A stretch of 64,000 nt of DNA from Octopus vulgaris (GCA_951406725.2 OX597825.1:33356001-33420000), one strand, 5' to 3'; counted from the stretch's first letter, positions 49,936 to 63,686 are shown. A program made the numbers and translations. Notes: generated by a model not told the origin, from the sequence alone.

Positions 49936-50485
49936 TGAGGAGGAGGAGAAGGAAGGGGAAGTAGAGGAGGAGAAGAAAGGAGAAAGAAGAGGATGAAGAG
50001 AAAGAAAAGGAAGGAGAGAAGGAAGAGGAGAGGAAGGAAGAGGAAGGAGAGAAGAAGAGGAGAGGAAGGAAGAGGAAGGAGAGAAGGAAGAGGAAATAGA
50101 GAAGGAAGAGGAAAGAGAGAAGGAAGAGAAAAGAGAGAAGGAAGAGGAAAGAGAGAAGGAAGAGGAAAGAAAGAAGGAAGAGGTTGATTAGAGGGAGGAG
50201 GGGAGGAGGAAGAGGAGGAGAAGGAGGAAGAGGAGAGGGAAGAGGGGAGGAGGAAGATGAGAAGGAGGAAGAGGTAGAGGAGGAAGAGGTGGTGAAAGAG
50301 GAGGACATAGAGGAAGGAGTAGGAGCTAGAGGAGGAGAAAGAAATGGAGGTAGTGGAGGAAAAGGAGGAAGATGAGGAGGGGGTATGAAGATGGAAGGTG
50401 AAGGAGAGAAGGATGCAATCTATGAAAGCTGGAGAAACAGATGGAAAACAATGATGAGGAAGAGAAGGTGAAGGAGAAGAAGAGT
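49935..50485. repeat. Polypurine (GA-rich) low-complexity tract with 18-bp subrepeats
   Basis: gagaaggaagaggaaaga repeated about 5 times at 50080-50180. Confidence 0.9.
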
Positions 50486-50693
50486 ATGTGCATATTGGTA
50501 TTATATTTATTCCAGTCAAGTTATTTCTCTTGACATAGCTATTCGTTAGATAGAGATTGATAAAAACAAGTAACTGTATAAGTATTGGGGTCAAAATAAT
50601 TCACTAAAGCTTGTTGGTGGTTGTGTCTTAAAATAACGGCAGCCCCAACACAGGAACCAGTAAAAGAATAAAAATAAAATAAAGGCTTTTAAT

Positions 50694-50762
<69 letters not shown>

Positions 50763-50859
50763 AGCAGTAGCAGCATTGTCATGGCTGTTGTCATCATCAT
50801 CATTATGTAATTTATCCTTGTAATAACCATTCATCCATTCCCCTTATGGCAGATCAAGA

Positions 50860-51222
<363 letters not shown>

Positions 51223-52948
51223 CATTATCAGATGTCTTCCTTCCTGTGGGAAAGTTGCTTTACTTCATTATGAATGTCTAATTTTTAACTAGATGGCTCC
51301 GGCTGAGGTCACTGAGAAATCAGAATGGAAAGGTTAGAGAATAAGAGAATAATTGTTCATACTGCAACTAGTATGCCAATATAACTTCGTAGGAAGAAGC
51401 ACACATTTGTCTATCATTGAGTAAAAGGAGAAAAATAAAACATGGTGAGCAGCCAAAATATTTAGTGCACTGGTAAACTGATTTTAAAATAACAAGAGCA
51501 ACAACAACAACAGCAGCAGAGACGGCAATGATAGCAATTTTCTTTGTGGTAACTTGACCTGCTAGAAATAACAGCTAAATATCAACCCATTTCCTATCCA
51601 AAATTACACTTAATGGAAAAGGACACACTAAAATATGTAAGCCATTGCTTGATAAAAACAAACAAAAAAAAAAAAAAATAATAATGATTATGGTTGAATG
51701 AAATACTTCTGATCACATGACCAGCTGAATCAGGATTTATTTTGGGTTAAACAACAAAAAAAACAATGACAACATCTTTAGAAGTGTCTACACTGTTGAA
51801 AGAATTTGAACCAGGGTTTCATTCTGAGAAAAATTAGATATCATTTTGCCCAGCTTCTTTCTGCCACAAACTAATGAGACTGTTTCTTCTTCCTCTTCCA
51901 TCCTTGCTAGTCTCAATGGCTCTGTGAAAATTATAGGTACAATCCTTTCCCTCAGTCTTCAATACTCAAGAGCTGGTTCTTGGCCCTTAGTCACACCCTT
52001 CTATAGTTTATTACTTTACTTATGCACTCTCCTCCCCATGCCACATAGACCATCAACAGCTTTTCCCCACAGTTCTCAACTTTGGATTTTCAAAGCCCTT
52101 CCTCCCCCTAAGTTTGTTGATTTTGAATTATCATTGATGCTTCTGTAACTTAGCACTTTTCTAGATAGGAGTCTTGGCCCTACACAAGCCTATTTTTATC
52201 ATTGGCAAGTGGTGGTCCATTAGTCTGGTTTCTATCCTTTGAACCGTCCTACAAGGGACATTTACCAAGAACTTACACTCTTCTGGCATGGCTCCCAAAG
52301 TCATTGAGACACACAAGTTATCACTCTGCAAAAAGAAATGGATTTTGTAATGGTTCTATGGATTATAGAAGCAGATATTTTGATACATAAGACATAGAGT
52401 GACACCTTTCCACTACTAGTGCTCATCATAGTCCACAGAACTTATTACCAAAAACCTCAATCTATTGAGAACTGCCACCAAATGTCCTGCAATTTTTTGC
52501 CACACCACCAAATTTTTAATCCATTGTCAGTCACAATTGCCACATTCACCTTCCTCCTGGCAAATACCAAATCCTTAACTCTTGCTGGGTGTTGTCAGCC
52601 AGACAAAACTAAGCACAGAATTCTTGATAGGCACAATTGTTAGACTCTGCAATATCCAAAATACTTTTAGCCATATTAATTTTTTTTTTAATGTTTTAAT
52701 GCTTCTGGAGCACAAATTAGAGAATTGCTCAGCTGTAGGTAATTTTCCAAGCTATTTCCTCCATATATGTTACTTTATCCACGTTTTTCTTCTATCTGTT
52801 ACATGAAGGTAAATGACTACTTAAACATTTTTTTGACAAGACGAAGTTAATAGTCCAGAAAATGAGAACTTCATAATCTTAATGACAACTAGTACACATC
52901 TTAAACATACAAGCATATAAACATTTAAATATTTCAACTTCTAATCAT

Positions 52949-53152
52949 TTAACTCTTTCATTACCATATTGAAGAATTAGATAAAATAACTTTGTCGTTA
53001 TTATAAACTGGTGCTTGGAACATTAATGTGAAATTTTGATGGAAGGTTTTTAATTAAGATCACTTTTAAACAGAAAGTGATCTTAATTAAAAAGGAAGTT
53101 AGAACCATAGAACCAAGTGCAGTCTCAGATGGGTTGGTATCAAAGAGGTTGA
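52949..53152. mobile_element. TTAA-flanked MITE containing a perfect 20-bp hairpin
   Basis: ttaactctttcattacc ... ggtatcaaagaggttga. Confidence 0.6.
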
Positions 53153-53984
53153 TTAGTCTTTGACAACTTTCAAATTCCAGTCTTATACTTTAATGCTTTC
53201 ATTCTCTGTAATATAGTCGAGGTGGTGAATTGGCTGAGTTGCATAAGATGGAATATTTTGCAGTTAATCATTCTGGCTCAATGTTCTCATGGTTCAAATC
53301 CTACCAAGTGTTTTATCCTTTTATGGTTGATAAATAAAGTACCAGTGAGGTTGACTGGTAGAATTGATAGAGTATCAGACAAGATGTCTTGTAGTATCTA
53401 TTCCTGCTCTTTATGTTCTGATGGTAACCCTGTGAGGACAGTGATACCTGGGTATATAGGTCCTTGCCTTAGACAATATCAGTAACAGAGGGAGAGGAGA
53501 TTTGCATTCTTATGTAACTGCTGGGCTCCCATAGAAATCCTTACACAAGCCTACATCTTAAAGAGGAACTTTCCAGATGCAAATCTATAGTGTCATGAAA
53601 CCCAACTTGTTTTCCTTTAGTTGTTGATATTAAAAGGGTGGGTCAACACCATTATTTTGTTCCACCCCTGTATACTGAGTTCAAATACTACAATGGTCAG
53701 TATTGCCTTTCATATTTTTGGAGTCAATAAAATAAATAATGAAGTCAATATAATTGACTTAACCTTCTCTCAAATAGTTGTGGCCTTCTGCCCATGCTGC
53801 AAATCAATATTGCTTTATAATGTGATATAAAAGTGGAGACAGCAAAAAGTAACAAGTGTCTGTCTAAATGTTTTACATTTCAATAAACACACACATACAC
53901 ACACATAAACGCACACATGCACACACGTGCACGTGTGCACACACACACGTGCACGTGTGCACACACACACACACACAAAGCGAA

Positions 53985-55862
53985 TGGTGAGTTAGAGCAT
54001 TGGTAGAATGATAGATGAAATTCCCTGAAGAATTTAGTTTTCTGTTTCTTCTTCCATTTTTTTTAGTTCAAATTCTGCTGGTGTTGACTTTGCCTTTACC
54101 TGCTCTGGGAGGGTCAAATAAATATTTCATTAACTGTGTCTTCATTCATAATATGTTTTGTCTTTTACGGTGGTGAGCTGACAGAAATGTTAGCACACCA
54201 GGTGAAATGCTTAGCAGTATTTTGTTTGTCTTTTTGTTCTGAGTTCATATTCCACCGATGTCAACTTTGCCTTTCATCCTCTCAGGGTTGATAAATTAAG
54301 TATCAGTTGCATACTGGGGTCGATCTAATCAACTGGCCCCCTCCCCAAAAATTTTGGGCCTTATGCGTAGAGTAGAAAACAATAATTAAAGGCTGTGAGC
54401 TGGCAGAAGCGTTAGCACGCCAGGTGAAATGCTTAGTGACATTTCGTCTGTCTTTATGCTCTGAGTTCAAATTCCGCTGAGGTCAACTTTGCCTTTTATT
54501 ATTTTGGGGTCGATGAAAGAAGTACCATTCAAGCACTGGGATCAATGTGATTGACTTACCCACTTCCCTAAAATTGCTGGCCTTGCACCAAAATTTGAAA
54601 CCAATTTTACTTTCCAATATTATTATATATGTTAGGCAGTGAGCTGGCAGAATTATTAGCAGGTCAGGCAAAATATCTGGTGGCATTTCGTCCATCTTTA
54701 TGTTCTGAGTTCAATTTCTATTGAGGTCATCTTTGCCTTTCATCCTTTCGGAATCAAAAAATTAAGTACCAGTTAAACCTGGGGCTGATGTACCCGACTA
54801 GTCACCTACCCCAAAATTTCAGGCCTTGTGCTTTTGGTAGAAAGGATTATATATATTAAGAGGCAAGCTGGCAGAAACGTTAGCATGCCGGGCGAAATGT
54901 GTAGCCGTATTTCATCTGCCGCTATGTTCTGAGTTCAAATTCCACCGAGGTCGACTTTGCCTTTCATCCTTTCGGGGTCGATTAAATAAGTACCAGTTAT
55001 GCACTGGGGTGGATATAATCGACTTAAACCCTTTGTCTCTCTTTGTTTGTCCCCTCTATGTTTAGCCCCTTGTGGGCAATAAAGAATAAAGAGGCAAGCT
55101 GGCTGACTCATTAGCATGCTAGACAAAATGTTTAGTGGCATTTTGTCCAAGGTGAACTTTGCCTTCCATTCTTTTGGGGTTGATAAAATAACTACCAGTT
55201 GAGCATTGGATAACTACCAGTTGAGCAGTGGAGGCACATAGCCTAGTGATTAGAGCAACGGACTTGCAGTCAAGGGATCGCAGGTTCGAATCTCAGACCA
55301 GGCGATATGTGTGTTTATGAGCGAAACACCTAAGCTCCACGCGGCACTGGCAGAAGGTAATGGCGAACTTCTGCTGACTCTTTCGCCACAACTTTCTCTC
55401 ACTCTTTCCTCCTGCATCTTGCAGCTCACCTGCGACGGACTGGCGTTCTGCTCAGGTGGGAAACCTATATGCCAAGGAAACCAGGAAACCGGCCCTTATG
55501 AGCCAGGCATGGCTCGAGAAAGAACAAACAAACAAGCAAACAACATTGGGGTCAATGTAATCAACTTGCCCCCTCTCCCAGAATTGCTGGCCTTGTACCA
55601 AAATTTGAAATCAATATTACTTTCCAATATTACTATATATGTCAGATGGTGAACCAGCAACATCGTTAGCTTGCCAGACAAAATTTTTGGTGGTATTTTG
55701 TCTCTTTACATTTTGAATCTGAATTCCACTGAGGTTGACTCGGCCTTTCATCCTTTCAGAGTTGATAAATAAGTACCAGTTGAGCATTGGGGGTCAATGT
55801 CATTGACTTACCTGCTTACCTGATATTATTGGCCTTGTGCCAAAATTTGAAGCCAGTATTAT
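53985..55862 (+). mobile_element. Head-to-tail array of about 7 SINE-B copies
   Basis: Heads near 53985, 54168, 54390, 54634, 54860, 55091 and 55645, all + strand. Confidence 0.88.
55230..55543 (+). mobile_element. tRNA-derived SINE (family D) inserted in a SINE-B copy
   Basis: tagcctagtgatt A box, ggttcgaatc B box, (AAAC)n tail. Confidence 0.85.
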
Positions 55863-56171
55863 TATATATGTTTGTTTACTTCTTCATTTTTGTATGTATT
55901 CTTCATTTTAGTATGTATCATGTTTTACAAGAGCTTTTTTTAAACACAGGCTTGTTCTGTGACAGAATTCTTTCTTGGTAATAGAATAAAAACAGTTGTC
56001 TTGAATGAAAACAGTACTGTGTGTGACCTCCCATGTCTTCTTGCAGTGCATTATCATAATCAAATCTGAGGGAGGGGGAGAGGTGGAAAGGGGAGGGGGA
56101 GAAAAGGGAGGGAAAGGAAGGGAAGGAGAGAGAGGGGGCAGAGAGAAAGAGAAAGAGATGGAAGGAACTGA

Positions 56172-56582
56172 CTCTCTTTCTTTACTTGTTTCAGTCATTT
56201 AACTGTGGCCATGCTGGAGCACCGCCTTTAGTCGAGCAAATTGACCCTAGGACTTATTCTTTGTAAGCCTAGTACTTATTCTATCGGTCGCTTTTGCCAG
56301 ACTGCTAAGTTACGAGGATGTAAACACACTAGCATCGGTTGTCAAGCGATGTTGGGGAGACAAACACAGAAACACAAACATACACACACATATATACATA
56401 TTACATATACACATATATACGATGGGCTTTTTTCAGTTTCCATCTACCAAATCCACTCACAAGGCTTTGGTCAGCCTGAGGTTATAGTAGAAGACACTTG
56501 CCAAAGGTGCCATGCAGTGGGACTGAACCTGGAACCATGTGGTTCGTAAGCAAGCTACTTACCACACAGCCACTCTTATGCC
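56172..56582 (-). mobile_element. SINE family A, full length
   Basis: All family motifs. Confidence 0.9.
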
Positions 56583-57104
56583 TAATATTTGACTTGTACT
56601 TTATTTTATCAACTCTGAAAGGATGGAAAGTAAAGTTGGCCCTGGTAGAGAATTTGAATTCTGAGACTAAAGAGCTGGAATAAATACCACAAGGTATTTA
56701 TCTGACATTCTAATTATTCTGCTAATTAGCTTCCTTCGTATAGTTATAACCATTGTAAAGGGAAAAAAATCCTAACCACTGAGGATTAGGATTCATTAAT
56801 GAAACTGTTCGTGATAAATGTTTCAGTGATATCTGAAATAATTCATTAAAAATGTAGCATTAAGCATAAATGTAAATGTAATAGAAAGAAACTAATTAAC
56901 CATTTATTATCCTCTTTAATACATTGGCAGCAAATTAACAGAGTTTTTAGAATGTGGGATGCAATGCTTTTCAGTATTTGTTCCAGCTTTTTAGGTTCAG
57001 AGTGAAAATCCTGTTGAGATCAGCTTTGTCTTTTATTCTTTTAGAACTGACAAAAACGTAGCAATGTATGAGAAGAGATATGTAGAAGTTTTAGAATATT
57101 AGAA

Positions 57105-57750
57105 GACTTGGAAAATATGCTAGGCTTGAGAAGACTCGGCAAGCTCAAGTGAGACCATAACCTTGTGGCCTATGCCAGGGGTGTAGCCAGCCCACTTATG
57201 CGTACCTTTCCTTTATTGGACACCAAACTCTGCTTGCGAAGACCTGTTGAGGCAAGTGAAATCGAAATCGAAATCAAATTCGATGACTGGCATCTGTGCT
57301 AGTGGTGTGCTAAGAGTACCATATAAGCATGATCATTGCCAGAGCAACGAGCTGGCCTCCCTGCTGGTAGCATGCAAAAAATACCATTCAAGTGTGATCG
57401 TTATCTGCGTCGCCTTACTGGCACTTGTGCTGGTGGCATGTGAAAAAACATTCGAGCAAGGTTGTTACTAGTGCCACTGAACTAGCTCCTGTGCAGGTGG
57501 CACATAAAAAGCACCATTTGAGCGTGGCCGTTACCAGTACCGCCTTACTAGTCCTCGTGCCGGTGGCATGTAAAAGCACCCACTACACTCATGGGGTGGT
57601 TGGCATTAGGAATGGCATCCAGCTGTAGAAACTCTGCCAGATCAGACTGGAGTCTGGTGCAGCCATCTGGTTAGCCAATCCTCAGTCAAATCGTCCAACC
57701 CATGTTAGCATCGAAAGCAGACGTTAAACGATGATGATGATGATGGTGAT
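57105..57750 (+). mobile_element. RTE 3'UTR with internal ~60-bp hairpin repeats and (GAT)n tail
   Basis: gtgc.ggtggca.gtaaaaagcacc units; tail ..gcagacgttaaacgatgatgat. Confidence 0.85.
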
Positions 57751-59989
57751 AAAAAGATGTCTGGCAATATCTGTTCCAGTTCATGGTATTCTGAAGTCAA
57801 ATTTTGCCTATACTGAAGTAAAAATTTTGGCCCTGATGGCTCGAGGACAGAATCACACATGAGTGTTTGCTTTGGCATAGCCTCTATGGCTGAGTTTCCT
57901 TCCAAATTCGAACCACTTTTACAACATGTACTGGGTTCTTTTTTCATACTACCAGCTCTAGTGAGGCTGTCATGTAGATGGTAAGACCACAAATCTTGAG
58001 GGGAGTGCAGCTTTATGAAGGGTTTAAGGATGAGAAAAAAGGGCAGAAGATATGGTGTATAGTAAAGCATAGGACATATACTAGAGTATACATGAAACCA
58101 TATGCTATATGGTATATTTGATATAAAATAGCATTTTGCTACAAGCTCTCTTTTTAGGTAGAGGAAAGAAAAGGTACTTGCATTGGGCAACAAAAATTTT
58201 TTTTTTGTCTGATGCCTGGAATATTTCAGCTATAGTCAATGAACTGTGAAACATGCCAGGACAATCTTCCAGACATGTTTCACCAAAAAGTAATGAAATG
58301 CATTTAGTCAGAAGTTCCACAGCTAAAGGTTTGTAAACATTAAATATGTGTGTGTGTGTGTGTGTATTTTTGTTTGAGTGGATTTGTGCGTGTGTGTATG
58401 TGTGTACATCTGTGTGTGTATGCATGTGTGCATATATATGTGTATTTGAGTGTTTGTGTGTGTGTGTGTGTGTGTACAGGATGCAGGCATGGCTCAGTGG
58501 TTAAGAGGTTTTCTTTGCAATCATGAGGACTGTATTTGATCCTATGGTGTGGCACTTTGGGTATGTGCTATCAGTTCTGTAACTAAGGAGAGGGGAAGGT
58601 GGATCAGTCTATCTTGGGCAAACTTTTATGGGGGTAGCACCTTGGAATCTGCTGTATAAGCTGGTATAAGGGACAATAAACTCAAGACCTGCTCTGGACA
58701 GCTTCTTATCTATCTACACTACTATGTGTCATCTGTCATAACCTCAGCTCATTTCCAATCCTTGTAAAAGAAATTGAGTTGATAGAAACTGTAAAAACTC
58801 ATTGATGGTTGCACCTGTAATTCAAAGGTCCATGAAAATTCTGTCTGAGAAATATATTAATTCTTTAGCATTTAAACTGGTCATATCTGGCCAAAATATC
58901 TAACCAGTTTATGTTCAAACATAGATAGGTGCGAATCAAGGGAAATTTGAATGTTATTTCTAGCTGCTCATTCTGTTGAGGTAATCATTGTTTTTAGCCC
59001 TAGATAAACCCTAATCAAACAGGTCTGTAATCAAATTGGGATATTTTGTGCATAGGATTATATAACCTAATACTTTTTCTACATTTGTCACAGTGCAAAT
59101 ATTTTTGTAGGACACTTATTCATCGGTACTTTATGAGTCTAAAAAAAATCACAATTAACAATTTTCATTCCAAATTGAAAATAACTTTCCTTGCTGTTTT
59201 GAGGTAATACCCGCACTGATTTAGACAATCTAATTGTAAAATATTATTTGAGAGTTCAGACTTGAGTTCACTTTAGAATAAGTTCATATAATGAAATAAT
59301 TGTGCTGTCCAAATTCTAATAAAGTTGCATGAATATCATTAGATATAATTCTTGCAACCACAGCATCTCTTCTAGTTTGTTTTAAACATCATAGATAACG
59401 AAATTCTGTTACACTGCCTTCAGAAATAGCTTCTTAGATACTGAAACTGTGTTCTACAATAATACGAATGCATTTGATAAAAATCAATGATTGATTCATC
59501 TGGCGTCTGATAATTTATAAACCATTTGTGTCTTGAATGAATGACATGAATTAGCTTTGACAACTGAGCATCAAAGATGGAAAGGGCATCTTCAAATGTG
59601 ACTAGAATTTTCGAGAGGGTAAAGGTGACTGAATATCAACATGAGTATGGATAATATTTAATATTTGATTAATGTGTTTAGTTTCAATAATTTCGAATGC
59701 TAATCATAAAACATTGTTATCACCAATGCCATTATTCAGGTGCAAAGTTGTTTGGGAGATATTGAAGTCTTAGAAAGATATATTGAATGTTGTAGTTGCC
59801 AACAATTTATATCTGAACATGAGACAACAGCATAATCTTCCTCATTCATACACTACCTTCTTAAGAATGAAGGAACACATTAGGTAATATAGTCCTTGGT
59901 ATACTATGTCTGAAAATGTGTCTGCAACAAAATCTTCCTCAGTTACCATATTATTTCATAAAGTGTAAAATATTGAATTTTTTAATATG

Positions 59990-60033
<44 letters not shown>

Positions 60034-60380
60034 GTCATCAGTATTATCATCATTGTTTAAAGTCCGTTTTCCATGCTAGCATGGGTTGGACTGTTCGACC
60101 GGGGTCTGGGAAGTCGGGAGGATGCGCCAGGCTTCAGTCTGATCTGGCAGTGTTTCTACAGCTGGATGCCCTTCCTAACGCCAACCACTCCAAGAGTGTA
60201 GTGGGTGCTTTTTACCTTCCACCAGCACGGGCCAGAGGAGGCTGGCAAACAGCCACGATCAGTTGGTGCTTTTACGTGTCACCGACAGTGATGCCAGTCA
60301 GGCAGCGCTGGCATCTACCATGTTCGGACAGTGCTTTTTACATGTCACCGGCATGGGTGTCTTAACTACAATTTCCATTT
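59990..60380 (-). mobile_element. RTE 3'UTR fragment
   Basis: Reverse complement of the same 3' motifs, (CAT)n. Confidence 0.85.
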
Positions 60381-61415
60381 CGAATAAAATTCTTATAGAG
60401 CCTTTCAATACAATTTCATCTACAGACATGAAATAGAGAAATATTGCTGTTGTCATCATTGTTGTTGTCACTGTTGTCACTATTGTTATTTAGATCCAAA
60501 CGAATCTGAGGAGATCTATGGTCAACATCCTTTCAACTGTGACTGTCCTGTCTTCTTCCTAAATACAACGAACCTCCGACCATCTTATCATCAGTATGTG
60601 AGAACATATTATTTGTTTAATGTGTTCTTTCTTTATTTAAAATGACGTGTTGTAATTTGAAGAAGATTTGGTTACTATTTCTAACAGTTTAAGTGACCAT
60701 GTAGATGTTCCTGATAAAGAAACAAATTTAAATATAAGGTTACAGTGAGATGAAATATAATTAATAATACAGTAATTATAACCAGAATATAAATAATAAT
60801 ATAATTATAAACAGATGATAAATAATAATATTATTATTATATGATTACTATATGATTATAATATAATTATGAGGATCAATTGCATTAAACTTAAAGTGCT
60901 AGCCTACTGAACATGCAGTCTTTAGTCCAAATTATACTACTAAAACTGTGTGGTGTTGCTGTGCAAGACACATAACACTAATTTTCCCAGCCAGTTCATT
61001 TGACAGATAAAAATTAGTTCCACTCCTTGTTACAAGCATTTGGGTCAAATCTCCACTTAAAGATATCTTCCTCCTTCCCTTCCTTCCTTCCTCTTACCAG
61101 TTTCAGAGGACCTATTATCCAAGTCATGGGTACTGTCATCCTTCTTGACCAAAAGATTAAAAATGGAAATCTATAAACTTTCTCTGATGAATGTCTAACA
61201 AAAACAGAAACCAGTCAAAATTACTGTATTTTTTCTGTCCAAGGAGTGGGAAAATGAGTTATGTAATTACGTTGTATGTCTTTTTACAATGATACTAAAA
61301 TTGCAATTAGATTCAAATTGTATGTTTAATAAAAAGAGGCATATACTACATTTCAAATTATTCTAGAAGGGTGTGTGTGGAATCAAGCTCATTACATCAT
61401 GATTGTGAGGTATAT

Positions 61416-61416
<1 letters not shown>

Positions 61417-61448
<32 letters not shown>

Positions 61449-62175
61449 GTTTAATGTCTGCTTTCCATGCTGGCATGCATTGGATGGTTTGACTGAGGAC
61501 TGCTCCAATCTGATCTGGCAAAATTTCTACGGCTGGATGCTCTTCCTAACACCAGCCACTCTGAGAGTGTAGTTGGTGCTTTATGTGCCACTGGCATGAG
61601 GGCCAGTCAGGCGGTACTGACAACGACCATGCTCAAAAGGTGTGTTTACATGCCACCTGCACGGGAGCTACGCTGGTGGCACTGGCAACAACCAAGCTCG
61701 AATGTTGATTTTTCACGTGCCACCAGCACATGTGCCAGTAAGGCAACGCTGGCAACGATCAGACTCGAATGGTGCTTTTTACATGCTACCGGCATGGGAG
61801 TCAGTCAGCAGCCTTGGCAAGGGTCACACTTAGATGTTGCTTTTAACATTCTACTAGCATGAGTGCCAATCAGGCGGTACTGTCATTGGTCATGTCAACG
61901 ATTTTGATTTTGATTTATGTCTCAACAGGTCTTTGCAAGCAAAATTTGTTGTACAGTGAATGACAGGTGCTCATAAGTGGGCTGGTTATACACCACTGAC
62001 ATAGGCCATGGGTTATGGTCTCACTTGGCTTGTCGAGTCTTCTAAAGCACAGCATATCTCCAAAGGTCTTGGTCACTAGTCATTGCCTTGGTGAGGCCCA
62101 ATGTTCGTAGGTTGTGCTTCACTACCTCATCCCAGATCTTCCTGGGTCTACCTCTTCCACAGGTTCCCTCAACTA
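61417..62175 (-). mobile_element. RTE 3' end (ORF tail GRPRKIW + 3'UTR repeats)
   Basis: VEGTCGRGRPRKIWDEVV on the minus strand; paralog of 57105-57750. Confidence 0.88.
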
Positions 62176-62199
62176 CTATATATTGTTGACATCATAAGA

Positions 62200-62695
62200 A
62201 TTTTTAAACTTTGAGAGATCATGTAATAATTTGTGTTCGGAAGAGTGGATTTCAAAATAATAGCATGTAAATATTAGGTTAAAAACCCTTTTGGATAGGA
62301 AAGGGTGAGGGGAAACCTTTAACTTTTTTTTTATCTCAAAGGGCGTTTAATCCAATATTTGTATACCATCATTTATAGCTTTAACTGGCTTGAGGTCCAC
62401 TGTTGCAAAATTGAAGTATTTCAATTTTCCTACATATTATTTCTTCACAAATATGCTTTTTCTTTTCTTCTCTCACTCTGTGCTTTCCATGTATTTTTGA
62501 TTGAATCTCCTACTAGTTAAAATGAGATCCCTTGATGATAATGTAAACTTCATTTGAATAAGGTATCTTTGGCCTGACGAGTAGCTAATGGATTACCCCT
62601 CACTTGGGTAATTACTACATGTGAGGTTCTGCTACCTATGAAACATATGTAGCCTGAATTTTATCTATTCCATTCCCTAATTTGGGATATCCACT
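62200..62695 (+). mobile_element. Penelope-like element 3' end: GIY-YIG C-terminal trace plus hammerhead
   Basis: RSCNNLCSEE (cf. KRCNLCLxEK); ggc-CTGACGA-gtag...ctat-GAAAC-atat-GTA^gcc at 62571-62654. Confidence 0.7.
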
Positions 62696-62939
62696 ACAAT
62701 CTTGGAATGGTTGGCTTTAGGAAAGGCATCCAGCTGTAGAAACCTTGCCAGATCAAATTGGAGACTAGTACAGCCTTCTGGTTTGCCAGTTCTCAGTCAA
62801 ACTATCCAATCCATGCAAGCATGGAAAGCAGACGTTAAACAACGGCAATGATGATGCTGATATATATATATATATATATTATACATATATAGAAAAGGTA
62901 AGATCCAAGAATCAAAGTGTAAGAAGTTAGTGAGCTTCA

Positions 62940-63310
62940 AGCAGCCATATGGTTCTGGGTTCATTCTCACTGCATGGCACCTTGGGCAAGTGTCTTCTAC
63001 TATAGCCTCGGGCTGACCAAAGCCTTGTGAGTGGATCTGGTAGACAGAAACTGAAAGAAGCCTGTCGTATATCTGTATATATATATATATATGTATGTGT
63101 GTGTATATGTTTGTGTGTCTGTGTTTGTCCCCCCAACATTGCTTGACAACCGATGCTGGTGTGTTTATGTCCCTGTAACTTAGCGGTTCGGCAAAAGAGA
63201 CCGATAGAATAAGTACTAGGCTTACAAAGAATAAGTCCTGGGGTCGATTTGCTTGACTAAAGGCAGTGCTCCTGCATGGCCACAGTCAAATGACTGAAAC
63301 AAGTAAAAGA

Positions 63311-63311
<1 letters not shown>
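62940..63311 (+). mobile_element. SINE family A (head truncated)
   Basis: Family motifs. Confidence 0.88.
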
Positions 63312-63356
<45 letters not shown>

Positions 63357-63367
63357 CTTGTTTGGAT

Positions 63368-63411
<44 letters not shown>

Positions 63412-63415
<4 letters not shown>

Positions 63416-63683
63416 AAAGTAAATAAATGGTACAACGAAACACCGATATATATAAACCCCAAAAAAGTGAAGGACAAACACAAAAAGCAACAATGCAAGG
63501 ACATAGTACATGTAGAGCAATGTTTGCATTGTTCAATTAAATGGAGTTGCATGAAACGATCGTACTACATTACCTCTGGATATCCTTGTTGTTTATTTTG
63601 ATTATAATCAGCTTTTTTAAATTATATGGATAATACCATACTAAATTCTGGTGCCTTCAACTTAAGTACCATATTCATCTGAA

Positions 63684-63686
<3 letters not shown>
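63412..63686. mobile_element. TA-embedded small element with the 3' half of a hammerhead
   Basis: GAAAC-gatc-GTA-ctac at 63553-63568; terminal atggtac/gtaccat inversion; (TA)n on both sides. Confidence 0.45.

Noticed and set aside
55230-55300. tRNA gene
   Set aside because: A/B boxes are present but the sequence continues into a SINE body and tail, and I could not build a clean cloverleaf; the same applies at 42897.
57290-57590. CRISPR-like repeat-spacer appearance
   Set aside because: Eukaryotic LINE 3'UTR; repeats are degenerate, spacers resemble each other, and no cas genes are present.
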